From Eledone cirrhosa (taxonomy: Eukaryota): DNA of 64,000 nt. Position 1 is the first letter of the stretch, and each line of letters opens with the position of its first letter. The position numbers and the translations under genes were made by a program. Shown here piece by piece: positions 1 through 14,034 of the stretch. The notes below the pieces were generated by a model. The model had not been told where the DNA came from and did no database searches. It was given only the letters and a program-made list of their open reading frames with translations. The stretch spans positions 36,332,001 through 36,396,000 of the forward strand of contig OZ024759.1 in assembly GCA_964016885.1 (NCBI GenBank), written 5' to 3'.

Positions 1-907
1 TGTGTTAGTGTTGGTATGTATATCATATAGATCTATGTAAAAATATTACAAACTATCAGAGGAAATATACATACCTACACATATATATACTGTCTTCAGA
101 AATGATGAGATTTGTTTATTGAAAAAAACCAACAAAGACTTAATATAATAGGTCTGTTTGGGAACAGGTTTTGAATTGACCAATGGAAAAGTAGTAAGTG
201 GTCAAGTTGATAGAATAGTAGTAGTAGAAATTTAATTTAGGGGTAGAGGGGTGCAGACTTATGTTTTGAATAGAAAGAATACTTTGGGGATGAAAAGAGG
301 TCAAGGTTGAAAAGAGGTCAAGCCTGTGAAGGGTACACGAAATTTTGAAGTACCAGTAATACACTGGGTAATTTGCTGGTCTTGTGCCTAAAGTAGAAAC
401 AGTTATTAAAGAATAGTGTTAAAAACGAAGGAAAGAGTAGTAGTTAGAAATACCAATCTTATATAAACTACAAGGAATCTAGATTCATAACAGGAAATTA
501 AATTAATTTATATGGTATTTCTCACTTACCCTAAAATTTTACTTTCTTTTGTTTTTAACACTATTCTTTAATAACATTTTTGTGTACCCTTCACCAGCTT
601 GACCTCTTTTCATCCCCAAAGTATTCTTTTCATTCAAAGTATTCTTTTTATTCAAAACATGGTAGATTTATATACATATATATATGTATATCCATGTGTA
701 TGCTTGTATGTAACTATATGTTGACAGCACCCCGCCCAACTGTGACTGATAGCACCCCTTATTTTTCATTGTTTATTTTATTATTTTTATTTTTATTTTT
801 ATTTTTATTTTTACTTTTACTTCCTTAATATCCTTTATCTTCTATTATTTTTCATTCTTCAATGTCTTGGATTTGTTATTGCTTGTGTGGTATGTAATTA
901 ACCTTTA

Positions 908-953
908 TGCTCTGATGAGTCCCACTTATAGTGCGGATGAAACAATGTTAGCA
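908..953 (+). ncRNA. Minimal type I hammerhead ribozyme motif
   Basis: TGCT-CTGATGA-GTCCCACT TAT AGTGCGGAT-GAAA-CAATG-TT-AGCA: stem I TGCT/AGCA, paired stem II, short stem III, GUU site. Confidence 0.7.
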
Positions 954-1530
954 AGTAAAGATATGCATATGCTATAGGCGTTCTTTGTTATTTATTATAT
1001 CACGGCTCTGTCCTCAGACATCGAGCTAACCTTATACTGCCTGCTGGATAAGTGGAGTGTTATACACCCCTGATCCTCTCCCTAGTATACTATGTATATA
1101 TATATGTATGTATATATATATATGTATATATATTATATATATATATATAATGTATATATATATATATATGTATGTATATATATGTATATATATGTATATA
1201 TATATGTATATATATATGTATAATATATATGTATATATATATATATATATATACCAAATCAGTTCTTGTATGAGCAAGGCATGGTCAGCCGACCAGACAC
1301 TGCCCACAACAGGACAGCCCGTCTAACCCATGCTAGCGTGGAAGAACGGACGTAAAACGGTGATGATGATGATGATGATATGTATATATATATATATATC
1401 ATCATCATCATCATCATCGTTTAATGTCCATCTTCCACGCTTGCATATATATATATATATGCATATATATATATATATGTATATATATATGTGTATATAT
1501 ATGTGTATATATATGCATATATATATATGT

Positions 1531-1817
1531 ATCATCATCATCATCATCATCGTTTAACGTCCATGTTCCACGCTCGCATGGGTTTGGACGGGAGTTTTCC
1601 CCACTTGAGGCAAGAGTGATTGTCTTGCTCGCATAGGACTGTCTGGCGGGTTTTCTACAGTTGGATGCCCTTCCTAACACCAACCACATTTACAGTGTGG
1701 GTCTGGGAGGTTTTTACCGTGTTGCCTACACGGCCACATTACAGCGTGGACTGTGTGTTTTTTTTGTCATGACACCTACACGATCTCATTTGTTTCGGCC
1801 TGGATGTTGTGGCACCA
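1531..1817 (-). mobile_element. RTE LINE 3'UTR fragment
   Basis: (CAT)n-CGTTTAACGTCC...GGATGCCCTTCCTAACACC, as at 31951-32227. Confidence 0.85.
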
Positions 1818-1826
1818 ATATATATG

Positions 1827-1888
<62 letters not shown>

Positions 1889-2257
1889 TGTGTGTGTATA
1901 TATATATGTATATATATATATGTGTATATATATGTGTATATATATGTGTATATATATGTGTATATATATGCATATATATATGTGTGTATATATATGTGTA
2001 TATATATGCGTATATATATATGTATATATATATGTATATATGGATTGACAGCTAACACACCCCACTCCCACAATTAAAAGAATTATTTCGGCCGTCGACC
2101 TATGCTTAAACGACCCCATTTCACGCGCGCGCTCTGCTGAATACCAAGTATATCTATAACCATGGGTTATAGATTCCATACACTGGTGGTTTTTCCCTGT
2201 TTTATTGATGGTGCACTATCTCTCTCTAGTGTGTTACCTTTTCAACATATTGTATAA

Positions 2258-2918
2258 GTGAGAAATTAGGAATAAGAGGGATCAGATGCTGTTTACTCGA
2301 GAGAAGACTACGTTGGTATGGTCACGTGATGCGCATGAAAGACGACAGCTGTATAAAAATGCAGGGTGATCACAATTGATGGTAGTTACGGAGTAGGTAG
2401 ACTCAGAAAAACCTGGGACGATCTGATAAATTCCGACCTTACACACTTACACCTCTCTAAGACAATGTCACTGGACCAAGATCTTTGGCACTACGTAGTA
2501 ATACAGAAGACCCGCCTTGCCTGAGTACAAAGCGAAACCTACAGTCAGTAGGCACCTCTTAACCAAAATACACCCCCGTCCCACTACCCCTACCCCCACC
2601 GCCATCTACACCACACCTTTCGATGTAAAGTTATGTTGGTACCACAACATCCAGTCCTAAATAAATGAGGTCGTGTAGGTGTCACGACAAAAAAAAACAC
2701 ACAGTCCACACTGTAATGTGGCCGTGTAGGTAACACGGTGAAAACCTCCCAGTCCACACTGTAAACGTGGTTGGTGTTAGGAAGGGCATCCAGCCGTAGA
2801 AAACCCGCCAGACAGTCCTGAGCAAGACAACCAATCTTGCCTCAAGTGGGAAAATTCCTGTCCAGACCCATGCTAGCGTGGAAGATGGACGTTAAACGAT
2901 GATGGTGATGATGATGAT
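2258..2918 (+). mobile_element. Degenerate 3' fragment of the same RTE LINE
   Basis: Similar to the reverse complement of 31951-32590; ends GGACGTTAAACGATGATG. Confidence 0.88.
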
Positions 2919-2943
2919 ATATATATATATATGTATAAATATG

Positions 2944-2975
<32 letters not shown>

Positions 2976-3429
2976 AATGGAATAGAATGAAACGAAATTT
3001 CATTTCTCACTCTTAGTACGGCAGTTACTTAAATGTAAGTCTGTCTGTATACGTACATACATATATGTATACAGACGTACAGTAGTATGTATATATATAC
3101 ATACATGCACACATATATATATATGCACGTATCAGTTTACTGAACATTTATTATAATACTCGGTTTGTTTGTAAACAAACAAACAGCCCGAATTATGCCG
3201 TACAGTGTTTAGGCAACCACGTCACCTTTTTGTACAACACCAGGAACGATGTACTAGTTTCAAGCTTATAAGCTATCGTCAGCATCGTATACCTTCCTGC
3301 CAGATGGTTGAACGTCTGAAAGTATATACTTTCCTTATGCATATTAACAGCCAAGCAGCCTAATTTGCATATCAAGTGAGTTTAGTCGGCCGGGCGCACC
3401 GAAAACGATAAATGGAATAGAATGAAACA

Positions 3430-6400
3430 AAATTTAGTTTTAGCCATTTTAGTGTGATTTTAGTCATTTATGATGCCGTTTTAGCCAATTTAGAGTCAAT
3501 TTAGCCATTTATGAGGCCGTTTTAGCCATTTTAGTCATTTATGATGCCACTTTAGCCATTTTAGTCACTTATGATGCCGTTTTAGTCATTTATGATGCCG
3601 TTTTAGCCATTTTGTTCATTTATGATGACGTTTTAGTCATTTATGATGATGTTTTAGGAATTTATGATGCCATTTTAGTCATTTATGATGCCGTTTTAGC
3701 AATTTTAGTCATTTATGATGACGTTTTCGTCATTTATTATATATGTTTTAGGAATTTTAGTCATTCATGATGCCGTGTTAGCCCTTTTAGTGTCATTTTA
3801 GTCATTTATGATGCCATTTTAGATATTTTAGTGTCATTTTAGTCATTTATGATGCCGTTTTAGCCAATTTAGAGTCAATTTAGCCATTTATGAGGCCGTT
3901 TTAGCCATTTTAGTCATTTATAATGACGTTTTGGCCATTTATGAAGCCGTTTTAGTCATTTATGATGCCACTTTAGCCATTTTAGTCACTTATGATGCCG
4001 TTTTAGTCATTTATGATGCCGTTTTAGCCATTTTGTTAATTTATGATGACGTTTTAGTCATTTATGATGATGTTTTAGGAATTTATGATGCCATTTTAGC
4101 CATTTTAGTCATTTATGATGCCGTTTTAGCAATTTTAGTCATTTATGATGACGTTTTCGTCATTTATTATATATGTTTTAGGAATTTTAGTCATTCATGA
4201 TGCCGTGTTAGCCCTTTTAGTGTCATTTTAGTCATTTATGATGCCATTTTAGATATTTTAGTGTCATTTTAGTCATTTATGATGACGTTTTAGCTATTTT
4301 AGTGATTTATGATGCCTTTTAAGCCATTTTAGAGTCAATTTAGCCATTTATGGTGCCGTTTTAGCATTTCATTGTAATCTTAAGTCATTTATGATGCCGT
4401 TTTAGCCATTTTACTTATTTATGATGACGTTTTAGCCATTTTAGTCATTCACGATGACGTTTTAGTCATTTATGATGATGTTTTAACCATTTCAGTCATA
4501 TATAATACCGTTTTAGCCATTTTAGTCATTTTTTATGACGTTCTAGCGATTTTAGTGTCATTTTACTCATTTATAATGCCGTTTTAGCTATTATATTAAT
4601 TTATGATGCCGTTTTAACAAATTTATAGTCAATTTAGCCATTCATGATGCTGTTCTAGCCATTTTGGTCATTTATGATGATGTTTTAGCCATTTTAGTCA
4701 TTTATGATGATGTTTTAGCCATTTTAGTGTCATTTTAGTAATTTATGATGCCGTTTTAGCCAATTTAGTCATTCATGATGACGTTTTTGTCATTTATGAT
4801 GACGTTTTAGCCATTTTAGTGTCATTTTAGTCATTTATGATGTCGTTTTAGCCAATTTAGAGTCAATTTAGCCATTCATGATGCACTTCTAGCCATTTTC
4901 GTCATTTCTAATGACGTTTTAGACATTTTAGTCATTTATGATGATGTTTTAATCATTTTAGTCATTTATGATGCCGTTTTAGCAATTTTATGTCATTTTA
5001 GTAATTTATAATAACATTTTCGTCATTTATGATGACGTTTTAACCATTTTAGTCATCCATGATGCCGTTTTAGCCATTTATGGTGCCATTTTAGCCATTT
5101 TATTTTCATCTTAAGTCATTTATGATGCCATTTTAGTCATTTATGATGCCGTTGTAGCCATTTTAGTCATTTATATTGCCGTTTTAGCCATTTTAGTGAT
5201 TTATGATGCCGTTTTAGCCATTTTAATCATTTATGATGACGTTTTCGCCATTTTAGAGTTAATTTAGTCATTTAAGATGCCGTTTTAGCCAATTTAGTAT
5301 CATTTTAGTCATTTATGATGCCGTTTTAACATCTTTGGTGTCATTTTAGTCATTTATAATGCCGTTTCAGCCAATTTTATCATTTATCATTCCGTTTTAG
5401 CCAATTTAGAGTCAATTTAGCCATTTATGGTGCCGTTTTAGCCATTTTACTGTCATCTTAAGTCATTTATGATGCCGTTTTAGTCATGTTGGTCATTTAT
5501 GATGCCGTTTTAGCCATTTTAGTCATTGATATTGCCGTTTTAGCCATTTTAGTGATTTATGATGCTGTTTTAGCCATTTTAATCATTTATGATGACGTTT
5601 TCTTCATTTTGGAGTCAATTTAGTCAGTTATGATGCCATTTTAGCCATTTTAGTCATTTATGATGACGTTTTAGCCATTTTAGTGTGATTTTAGGCATTT
5701 ATGATGCAGTTTAAGCCAAATTACTGTCATTTTAGTAATTTATGATGCCATTTTAGACAATTTAATCATTCATGATGCCGTTTTAGCCAATTTAGAGTCA
5801 ATTTAGCCATTTATTAGGGTGTTTTAGCCGTTTTAGTCATTTATGTTGAGATTTTACCCATTTTACTGTCATTTTAGTAATTTATGATGCCGAATTAGCT
5901 ATTTTAGTCATTTATGAAGCCGTTTTAGCCATTTTAGTCATTTATAATGACGTTTTAGCCTATTTTGAGTCAATTTAGCCATTCATGATGCCGTTCTAGC
6001 CATTTGAGTCATTTATGATGACGTTTTAGCCATTTTAGTCATTTATGATGATGTTTTAGTCATTTATGATGCCGTTTTAGCCATTTTAGTGATTCATGGT
6101 GCCGTTTTAGCCATTTTAGTGTCAATTTAGCCATTTTTGGTGCCGTTTTAGCCATTTTAGCCATTTATGATGACGTTTTAGCCATTTTGGTCATTTATGA
6201 TGCCGTTTTAGCCAATTTAATCATTTATGATGGCGTTTTAGCCAATTTAGAGTCAATTTAACCATTTATGAGGCTGTTTTAGCCGTTTTAGTCATTTATG
6301 ATAAGGTTTTACCCATTTTAGTGTCATTTTAGTCATTTATGATGCCGATTTAGCCACTTTAGTCATTTATAATGCCGTTTTAGCCATTTAATTAATCTAT

Positions 6401-9400
6401 AATGACGTTTTAGCCATTTTAGATGCGGTTTTAGCCAATTTAGTGTAATTTTAGTCATTTATGATGCCGTTTTAGCCAATTTAATCATTTATGATGCCGT
6501 TTTAGCCAATCTAGAGTCAATTTAGCCATTTATGATGCCGTTTTCGCCATTTTTGTCATTTATGTTACCGTTTTAGCTATTTTAGTGATTTATGATGCCG
6601 TTTTAGCCATGTTAGTCATTTATGTTGACGTTTTCACCATTTTAGAGTTAATTTAATGATCTTTGATGCCGTTTTTGCCAATTTAGAGGCAATTTAGCTA
6701 TTTATGAAGCTGTTTTAGCCATTTGGGGTCATTTATGATGAGGTTTTAGCCATTTTAGTGTCATTTTAGTTATTTATGATGCCGTTTTAGCCAATTTAGA
6801 GTCAATTGAGTCATTCATGATGCCCTTCTAGCCATTTTAGTCATTTATGATGCCGTTTTAGCTACTTTTGTCATTTATAATGCCGTTTTAGCCATATTAT
6901 TCATTTATAATGCCGTTTTACCCAATTTAGAGTCAATTTAGCCATTCATGATGCACTTCTAGCCATTTTAGTCATTTCTGATGCCGTTTTAGACATTTTA
7001 GTCATTTATGATGATGTTTTAATCATTTATGATGACGTTTTAGCCATTTTAGTGATTTATGATGCCGTTATAGTCATATTATTCATTTATGATGCCGTTT
7101 TAGCTACTTTAGTCGTTTATAATGCCGTTTTAGCCATATTATTCATATATAATGCCGTTTTACTCAATTTAGAGTCAATTTAGCCATTCATGATGCACTT
7201 CTAGCCATTTTAGTCATTTCTGATGACGTTTTAGCCAATTTAATCATTTATGATGCCGTTTTAGCCAATTTAGAGTCAATTTAGCCATTTATGAGACTGT
7301 TTTAGCCATTTTAGTCATTTATGATGCCGTTTTGTCCAATTTAGTATCATTTCAGTCATTTATAATGCCGTTTTAGCCAATTTAATCATTTCAGATGCCG
7401 TTTTAGACAATTTATAGTCAATTTAGCCTTTTATGAGGCTGTTTTAGCCACTTTAGTCATTTATAATGCCGTTTTAGCCATTTTATTCATTTATAATGCT
7501 GTTTTAGCCAATTTAGCCATTCATGATGCACCTCTAGCCAATGTAGTCATTTCTGATGACGTTTTAGACATTTTAGTCATTTATGATGCCGTTTTAGCCA
7601 TTTTAGAATCAATTTAGTCATTTATAATGCCGTTTTAGCCAATTTAGTGTCATTTCAGTCATTTTTAATGCCGTTTTAGCCAATTTAAGAGTCAATTTAC
7701 CCATTTATGGGGCTGTTTTAGCCATTTTAGTCATTTGTGATTAAGTTTTAGCCATTTTAGAGTCAATTTAGCCATTCATGATGCCGTTTTAACCAATTTA
7801 ATCATTCATGATGCCGTTTTAGCCAATTTAGAGTCAATTTAGCCATTTATTAGGGTGTTTTAGCCGTTTTAGTCATTTATGTTGAGATTTTACCCATTTT
7901 ACTGTCATTTTAGTAATTTATGATGCCGAATTAGCTATTTTAGTCATTTATGAAGCCGTTTTAGCCATTTTAGTCATTTATAATGACGTTTTAGCCTATT
8001 TTGAGTCAATTTAGCCATTCATGATGCCGTTCTAGCCATTTGAGTCATTTATGATGACGTTTTAGCCATTTTAGTCATTTATGATGATGTTTTAGTCATT
8101 TATGATGCCGTTTTAGCCATTTTAGTGATTCATGGTGCCGTTTTAGCCATTTTAGTGTCAATTTAGCCATTTTTGGTGCCGTTTTAGCCATTTTAGCCAT
8201 TTATGATGACGTTTTAGCCATTTTGGTCATTTATGATGCCGTTTTAGCCAATTTAATCATTTATGATGGCGTTTTAGCCAATTTAGAGTCAATTTAACCA
8301 TTTATGAGGCTGTTTTAGCCGTTTTAGTCATTTATGATAAGGTTTTACCCATTTTAGTGTCATTTTAGTCATTTATGATGCCGATTTAGCCACTTTAGTC
8401 ATTTATAATGCCGTTTTAGCCATTTAATTAATCTATAATGACGTTTTAGCCATTTTAGATGCGGTTTTAGCCAATTTAGTGTAATTTTAGTCATTTATGA
8501 TGCCGTTTTAGCCAATTTAATCATTTATGATGCCGTTTTAGCCAATCTAGAGTCAATTTAGCCATTTATGATGCCGTTTTCGCCATTTTTGTCATTTATG
8601 TTACCGTTTTAGCTATTTTAGTGATTTATGATGCCGTTTTAGCCATGTTAGTCATTTATGTTGACGTTTTCACCATTTTAGAGTTAATTTAATGATCTTT
8701 GATGCCGTTTTTGCCAATTTAGAGGCAATTTAGCTATTTATGAAGCTGTTTTAGCCATTTGGGGTCATTTATGATGAGGTTTTAGCCATTTTAGTGTCAT
8801 TTTAGTTATTTATGATGCCGTTTTAGCCAATTTAGAGTCAATTGAGTCATTCATGATGCCCTTCTAGCCATTTTAGTCATTTATGATGCCGTTTTAGCTA
8901 CTTTTGTCATTTATAATGCCGTTTTAGCCATATTATTCATTTATAATGCCGTTTTACCCAATTTAGAGTCAATTTAGCCATTCATGATGCACTTCTAGCC
9001 ATGTTAGTCATTTCTGATGCCGTTTTAGACATTTTAGTCATTTATGATGATGTTTTAATCATTTATGATGACGTTTTAGCCATTTTAGTGATTTATGATG
9101 CCGTTATAGTCATATTATTCATTTATGATGCCGTTTTAGCTACTTTAGTCGTTTATAATGCCGTTTTAGCCATATTATTCATATATAATGCCGTTTTACT
9201 CAATTTAGAGTCAATTTAGCCATTCATGATGCACTTCTAGCCATTTTAGTCATTTCTGATGACGTTTTAGCCAATTTAATCATTTATGATGCCGTTTTAG
9301 CCAATTTAGAGTCAATTTAGCCATTTATGAGACTGTTTTAGCCATTTTAGTCATTTATGATGCCGTTTTGTCCAATTTAGTATCATTTCAGTCATTTATA

Positions 9401-12400
9401 ATGCCGTTTTAGCCAATTTAATCATTTCAGATGCCGTTTTAGACAATTTATAGTCAATTTAGCCTTTTATGAGGCTGTTTTAGCCACTTTAGTCATTTAT
9501 AATGCCGTTTTAGCCATTTTATTCATTTATAATGCTGTTTTAGCCAATTTAGCCATTCATGATGCACCTCTAGCCAATGTAGTCATTTCTGATGACGTTT
9601 TAGACATTTTAGTCATTTATGATGCCGTTTTAGCCATTTTAGAATCAATTTAGTCATTTATAATGCCGTTTTAGCCAATTTAGTGTCATTTCAGTCATTT
9701 TTAATGCCGTTTTAGCCAATTTAAGAGTCAATTTACCCATTTATGGGGCTGTTTTAGCCATTTTAGTCATTTATGATTAAGTTTTAGCCATTTTAGAGTC
9801 AATTTAGCCATTCATGATGCCGTTTTAACCAATTTAATCATTTATGATGCCGTTTTAGCCAATTTAGCCATTTATAATGCCGTTTAAGCCATTTTAGTCA
9901 TTTTTGATGACATTTTAGCAACTTTAGTGATTTATGATACCATTTTAGCAATTTTAGAGTCAACTTAGCCATTTATGGTGCCGTTTTAGCTATTTTATTG
10001 TCATCTTAAGTCTTTTATGATGCCGTTTTAGCCATTTTAATCATTTATGATGACGTTTTCGCCATTGTAGAGTCAATTTAGTCATATATGATGCCGTTTT
10101 AGCCAATTTAGTGTCATTTTTGTCATTTATAATGCCGTTTTAGCCACTTTAGTGACATTTTAGTCATTTATAATGCCGTTTTAGCCAATTTAATTATTTA
10201 TCGTTCCGTTTTAGCCAATTTAGAGTCAATTTAGCCATTTATGAGGGCGTTTTAGCCATTTGAGTCATATATGATGACGTTTTAGCAATTTTAGTGACAC
10301 TTTAGTCATTATGATGCCGTATTAGCCAATTTAGTGTTATCTTAGTCATTTATGATGCCGTTTTAGACATTTTTGTCATTTATGATGCCGTGTTAGCCAA
10401 TTTAGTGTCATTTTAGTTATTTATGATGCCGTTTGAGCCAATTTAGTGTCATTTTAGTCATTTATAGTGCTGTTTTAGCCAATTTAGAGTCAATTTACCC
10501 ATTTATGAGGCTGTTTTAGCCATTTTAGTCATTTATGATAACGTTTTAGCCATTTTACAGTCAATTTAGTCATTTTAGTCATTCATGATGCAGTTTTAGC
10601 AATTTAGTGATTTATGATACCGTTTTAGACATTTCAGAGTCAATTTAGCGATTTATGGTGCCGTTTTAGCTATTTTATTGTCATCTGAAGTCTTTTATGA
10701 TGCCGTTTTAGCCATTTTAATCATTGATGATGACGTTTTCGCCATTTTAGAGTCTATTGAGTCATATATGATGCCGTTTTAGGCAATTTAGTGTCATTTA
10801 TGATGCCGTTTTAGCCAATTTAGTGACATTTTATTCATTTATAATGTCGTTTTAGCCAATTTAGTGTCATCTTAGTCATTTATGAGGCATTTTAGCCATT
10901 TGAGTCATTTATGATGACGTTTTAAGCCATTTTAGTGACATTTTAGTCATTTATGATGCCGTTTTAGCCAATTTAGTGTCATCTTAGTCATTTATGATGC
11001 CGTTTTAGTCATTTTTGTCATTTATGATGCCGTTTTAGCCAATTTAGTGTAATTTCAGTCATTTATAATGCCGTTTTAGCCAACTTAGAGTCAATTTAGC
11101 CATTTATGAGGCTGTTTTTAGCCATTTTAGTCATTTATGATTAGGTTTTACCCATTTTAGTGTCATTTTAGTCATTTATGATGCCGTTTTAGCCACTTCA
11201 ATCATTTATAATGGCCTTTTAGCGATTTTATTCATTTATAATGCCGTTTTAGCCAATTTAGAGTCAATTTAGCCATTTATGAGGCCGTTTTAGCCATTTT
11301 AGTCATTTATGATGCCGTTTTAGCCATTTTAGTCATTTATGATGACGCTTTAGCCAATTTAGCCAATTATGAGGCCGTTTAAGCCATTTTAGCCATTTAT
11401 GATGACGCTTTAGCCAATTTAGTGTCATTTTAGTCATTTATGATGCCGTTTTAGCCAATTTAGTGTCATTTTAGTCATTTATAATGCCGTTTTAGCCAAT
11501 TTAATCATTTGATATGACGTTTTAGCCAATTTAGAGTGAATTTAGTCATTTATGATGCCGTTTTAGCCACTTTAGTCATTTATAATGGCGTTTTAGCCAT
11601 TTTATTCTTTTATAATGCCGTTTTAGCCAATTTAGAGTCAATTTAGCCATTTATGAGGCTGTTTTAGCCATTTTAGTCATTTATAATGCCGTTTTAGCCA
11701 ATTTTGAGTCAATTTAGCCATTCATGATGCCGCTTTAACCAATTTAGTGTCAGTTTAGTCATTTAAAATGCTTATTTAGCCAATTTAATCATTTGAGATG
11801 CCGTTTGAACCAATTTAGAGTCAATTTAGCCATTTATGGGGCTGTAGTAGCCATTTTAGTCATTTATGATGAGGTTTTACCCATTTCAGTGTCATTTTAG
11901 TCATTTATGATGCCGTTTTAGCCACTTTAGTAATTTATAATGGTGTTTTAGCCATTTCCTTCATTTATAATGCCGTTTTAGCCAATTTAGAGTCAATTTA
12001 GCCATTCATGATGCACTTCTAGCCATTTTAGTCATATCTGATGAGGTTTTATACATTTAGACATTTATGATGCCGTTTTAGCCATTTGAGAGTCAATTTA
12101 GTCATTTATAATGCCATTTTTGCCAATTTAGTGTCATTTCAGTCATTTATAATGCTGTTTTAGTCAATTTAATCATTTACGATGCCGTTTTAGCCAATTT
12201 AGAGTCAATTTAGCCATTTATGAGGCTGTTTAGCCATTTTAGTCATTTATGATAACGTTTTAGCCATTTTAGAGTCAATTTAGCCAATTATGAGGCCGTT
12301 TAAGCCATTTTAGCCATTTATGATGACGCTTTAGCCAATTTAGTGTCATTTTAGTCACTTATGATGCCGTTTTAGCCAATTTAGTGTCATTTTAGTCATT

Positions 12401-13834
12401 TATAATGCCGTTTTAGCCAATTTAATCATTTGATATGCCGTTTTAGCCAATTTAGAGTGAATTTAGTCATTTATGATGCCGTTTTAGCCACTTTAGTCAT
12501 TTATAATGGCGTTTTAGCCATTTTATTCTTTTATAATGCCGTTTTAGCCAATTTAGAGTCAATTTAGCCATTTATGAGGCTGTTTTAGCCATTTTAGTCA
12601 TTTATGATTAGGTTTTACCCATTTTTAGTGTCATTTTAGTCATTTATGATGCCGTTTTAGCCACTTCAATCATTTATAATGGCCTTTTAGCCATTTTATT
12701 CATTTATAATGCCGTTTTAGCCAATTTAGAGTCAATTTAGCCATTTATGAGGCCGTTTTAGCCATTTTAGTTATTTATGATGACGTTTTAGCAATTTTAG
12801 TGACACTTTAGTCATTTATGATGCCGTATTAGCCAATTTAGTGTCATCTTAGTCATTTATGATGCCGTTTTAGACATTTTTGTCATTTATGATGCCGTGT
12901 TAGCCAATTTAGAGTCATTTTAGTAATTTATGATGCCGTTTGAGCCAATTTAGTGTCATTTTAGTCATTTATAATGCCGTTTTAGCCAATTTAGAGTCAA
13001 TTTACCCATTTATGAGGCTGTTTTAGCCATTTTAGTCATTTATGATAACGTTTTAGCCATTTTACAGTCAATTTAGTCATTTTAGTTATTCATGATGCAG
13101 TTTAGCAATTTTAGTGATTTATGATACCGTTTTAGACCTTTCAGAGTCAATTTAGCTATTTATGATGCCGTTTTAGCTATTTTATTGTCATCTCAAGTCT
13201 TTTATGATGCCGTTTTAGCCATTTTAATCATTGATGATGACGTTTCGCCATTTTAGAGTCTATTGAGTCATATATGATGCCGTTTTAGGCAATTTAGTGT
13301 CATTTATGATGCCGTTTTAGCCAATTTAGTGACATTTTATTCATTTATAATGTCGTTTTAGCCAATTTAGTGTCATCTTAGTCATTTATGAGACATTTTA
13401 GCCATTTGAGTCATTTATGATGACGTTTTTAGCCATTTTAGTGACATTTTAGTCATTTATGATGCCGTTTTAGCCAATTTAGTGTCACCTTAGTCATTTA
13501 TGATGCCGTTTTAGCCATTTTTGTCATTTATGATGCCGTTTTAGCCAATTTAGTGTAATTTCAGTCATTTATAATGCCGTTTTAGCCAACTTAGTGTCAA
13601 TTTAGCCATTTATGAGGCTGTTTTAGCCATTTTAGTCATTTATGATTAGGTTTTACCCATTTTAGTGTCATTTTAGTCATTTATGATGCCGTTTTAGCCA
13701 CTTCAATCATTTATAATGGGCTTTTAGCCATTTTATTCATTTATAATGCCGTTTTAGCCAATTTAGAGTCAATTTAGCCATTTATGAGGCCGTTTTAGCC
13801 ATTTTAGTCATTTATGATGCCGTTTTAGCCATTT
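3430..13834 (+). repeat. Satellite array, left block; ~30/41-bp monomers built from TTTTAGCCA, TTTTAGTCA, TTTATGATGCCG and TTTAG(T/A)GTCA subunits
   Basis: Continuous degenerate tandem repetition, directly visible. Confidence 0.97.
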
Positions 13835-14034
13835 NNNNNNNNNNNNNNNNNNNNNNNNNNNNNNNNNNNNNNNNNNNNNNNNNNNNNNNNNNNNNNNNNN
13901 NNNNNNNNNNNNNNNNNNNNNNNNNNNNNNNNNNNNNNNNNNNNNNNNNNNNNNNNNNNNNNNNNNNNNNNNNNNNNNNNNNNNNNNNNNNNNNNNNNNN
14001 NNNNNNNNNNNNNNNNNNNNNNNNNNNNNNNNNN
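13835..14034. other. Assembly gap (200 N)
   Basis: Run of N. Confidence 1.

Noticed and set aside
13835-14034. Orientation switch of the satellite across the N gap
   Set aside because: Contig orientation across a 200-N scaffold gap is not evidence of a real inversion; only the 19777 junction lies in contiguous sequence.
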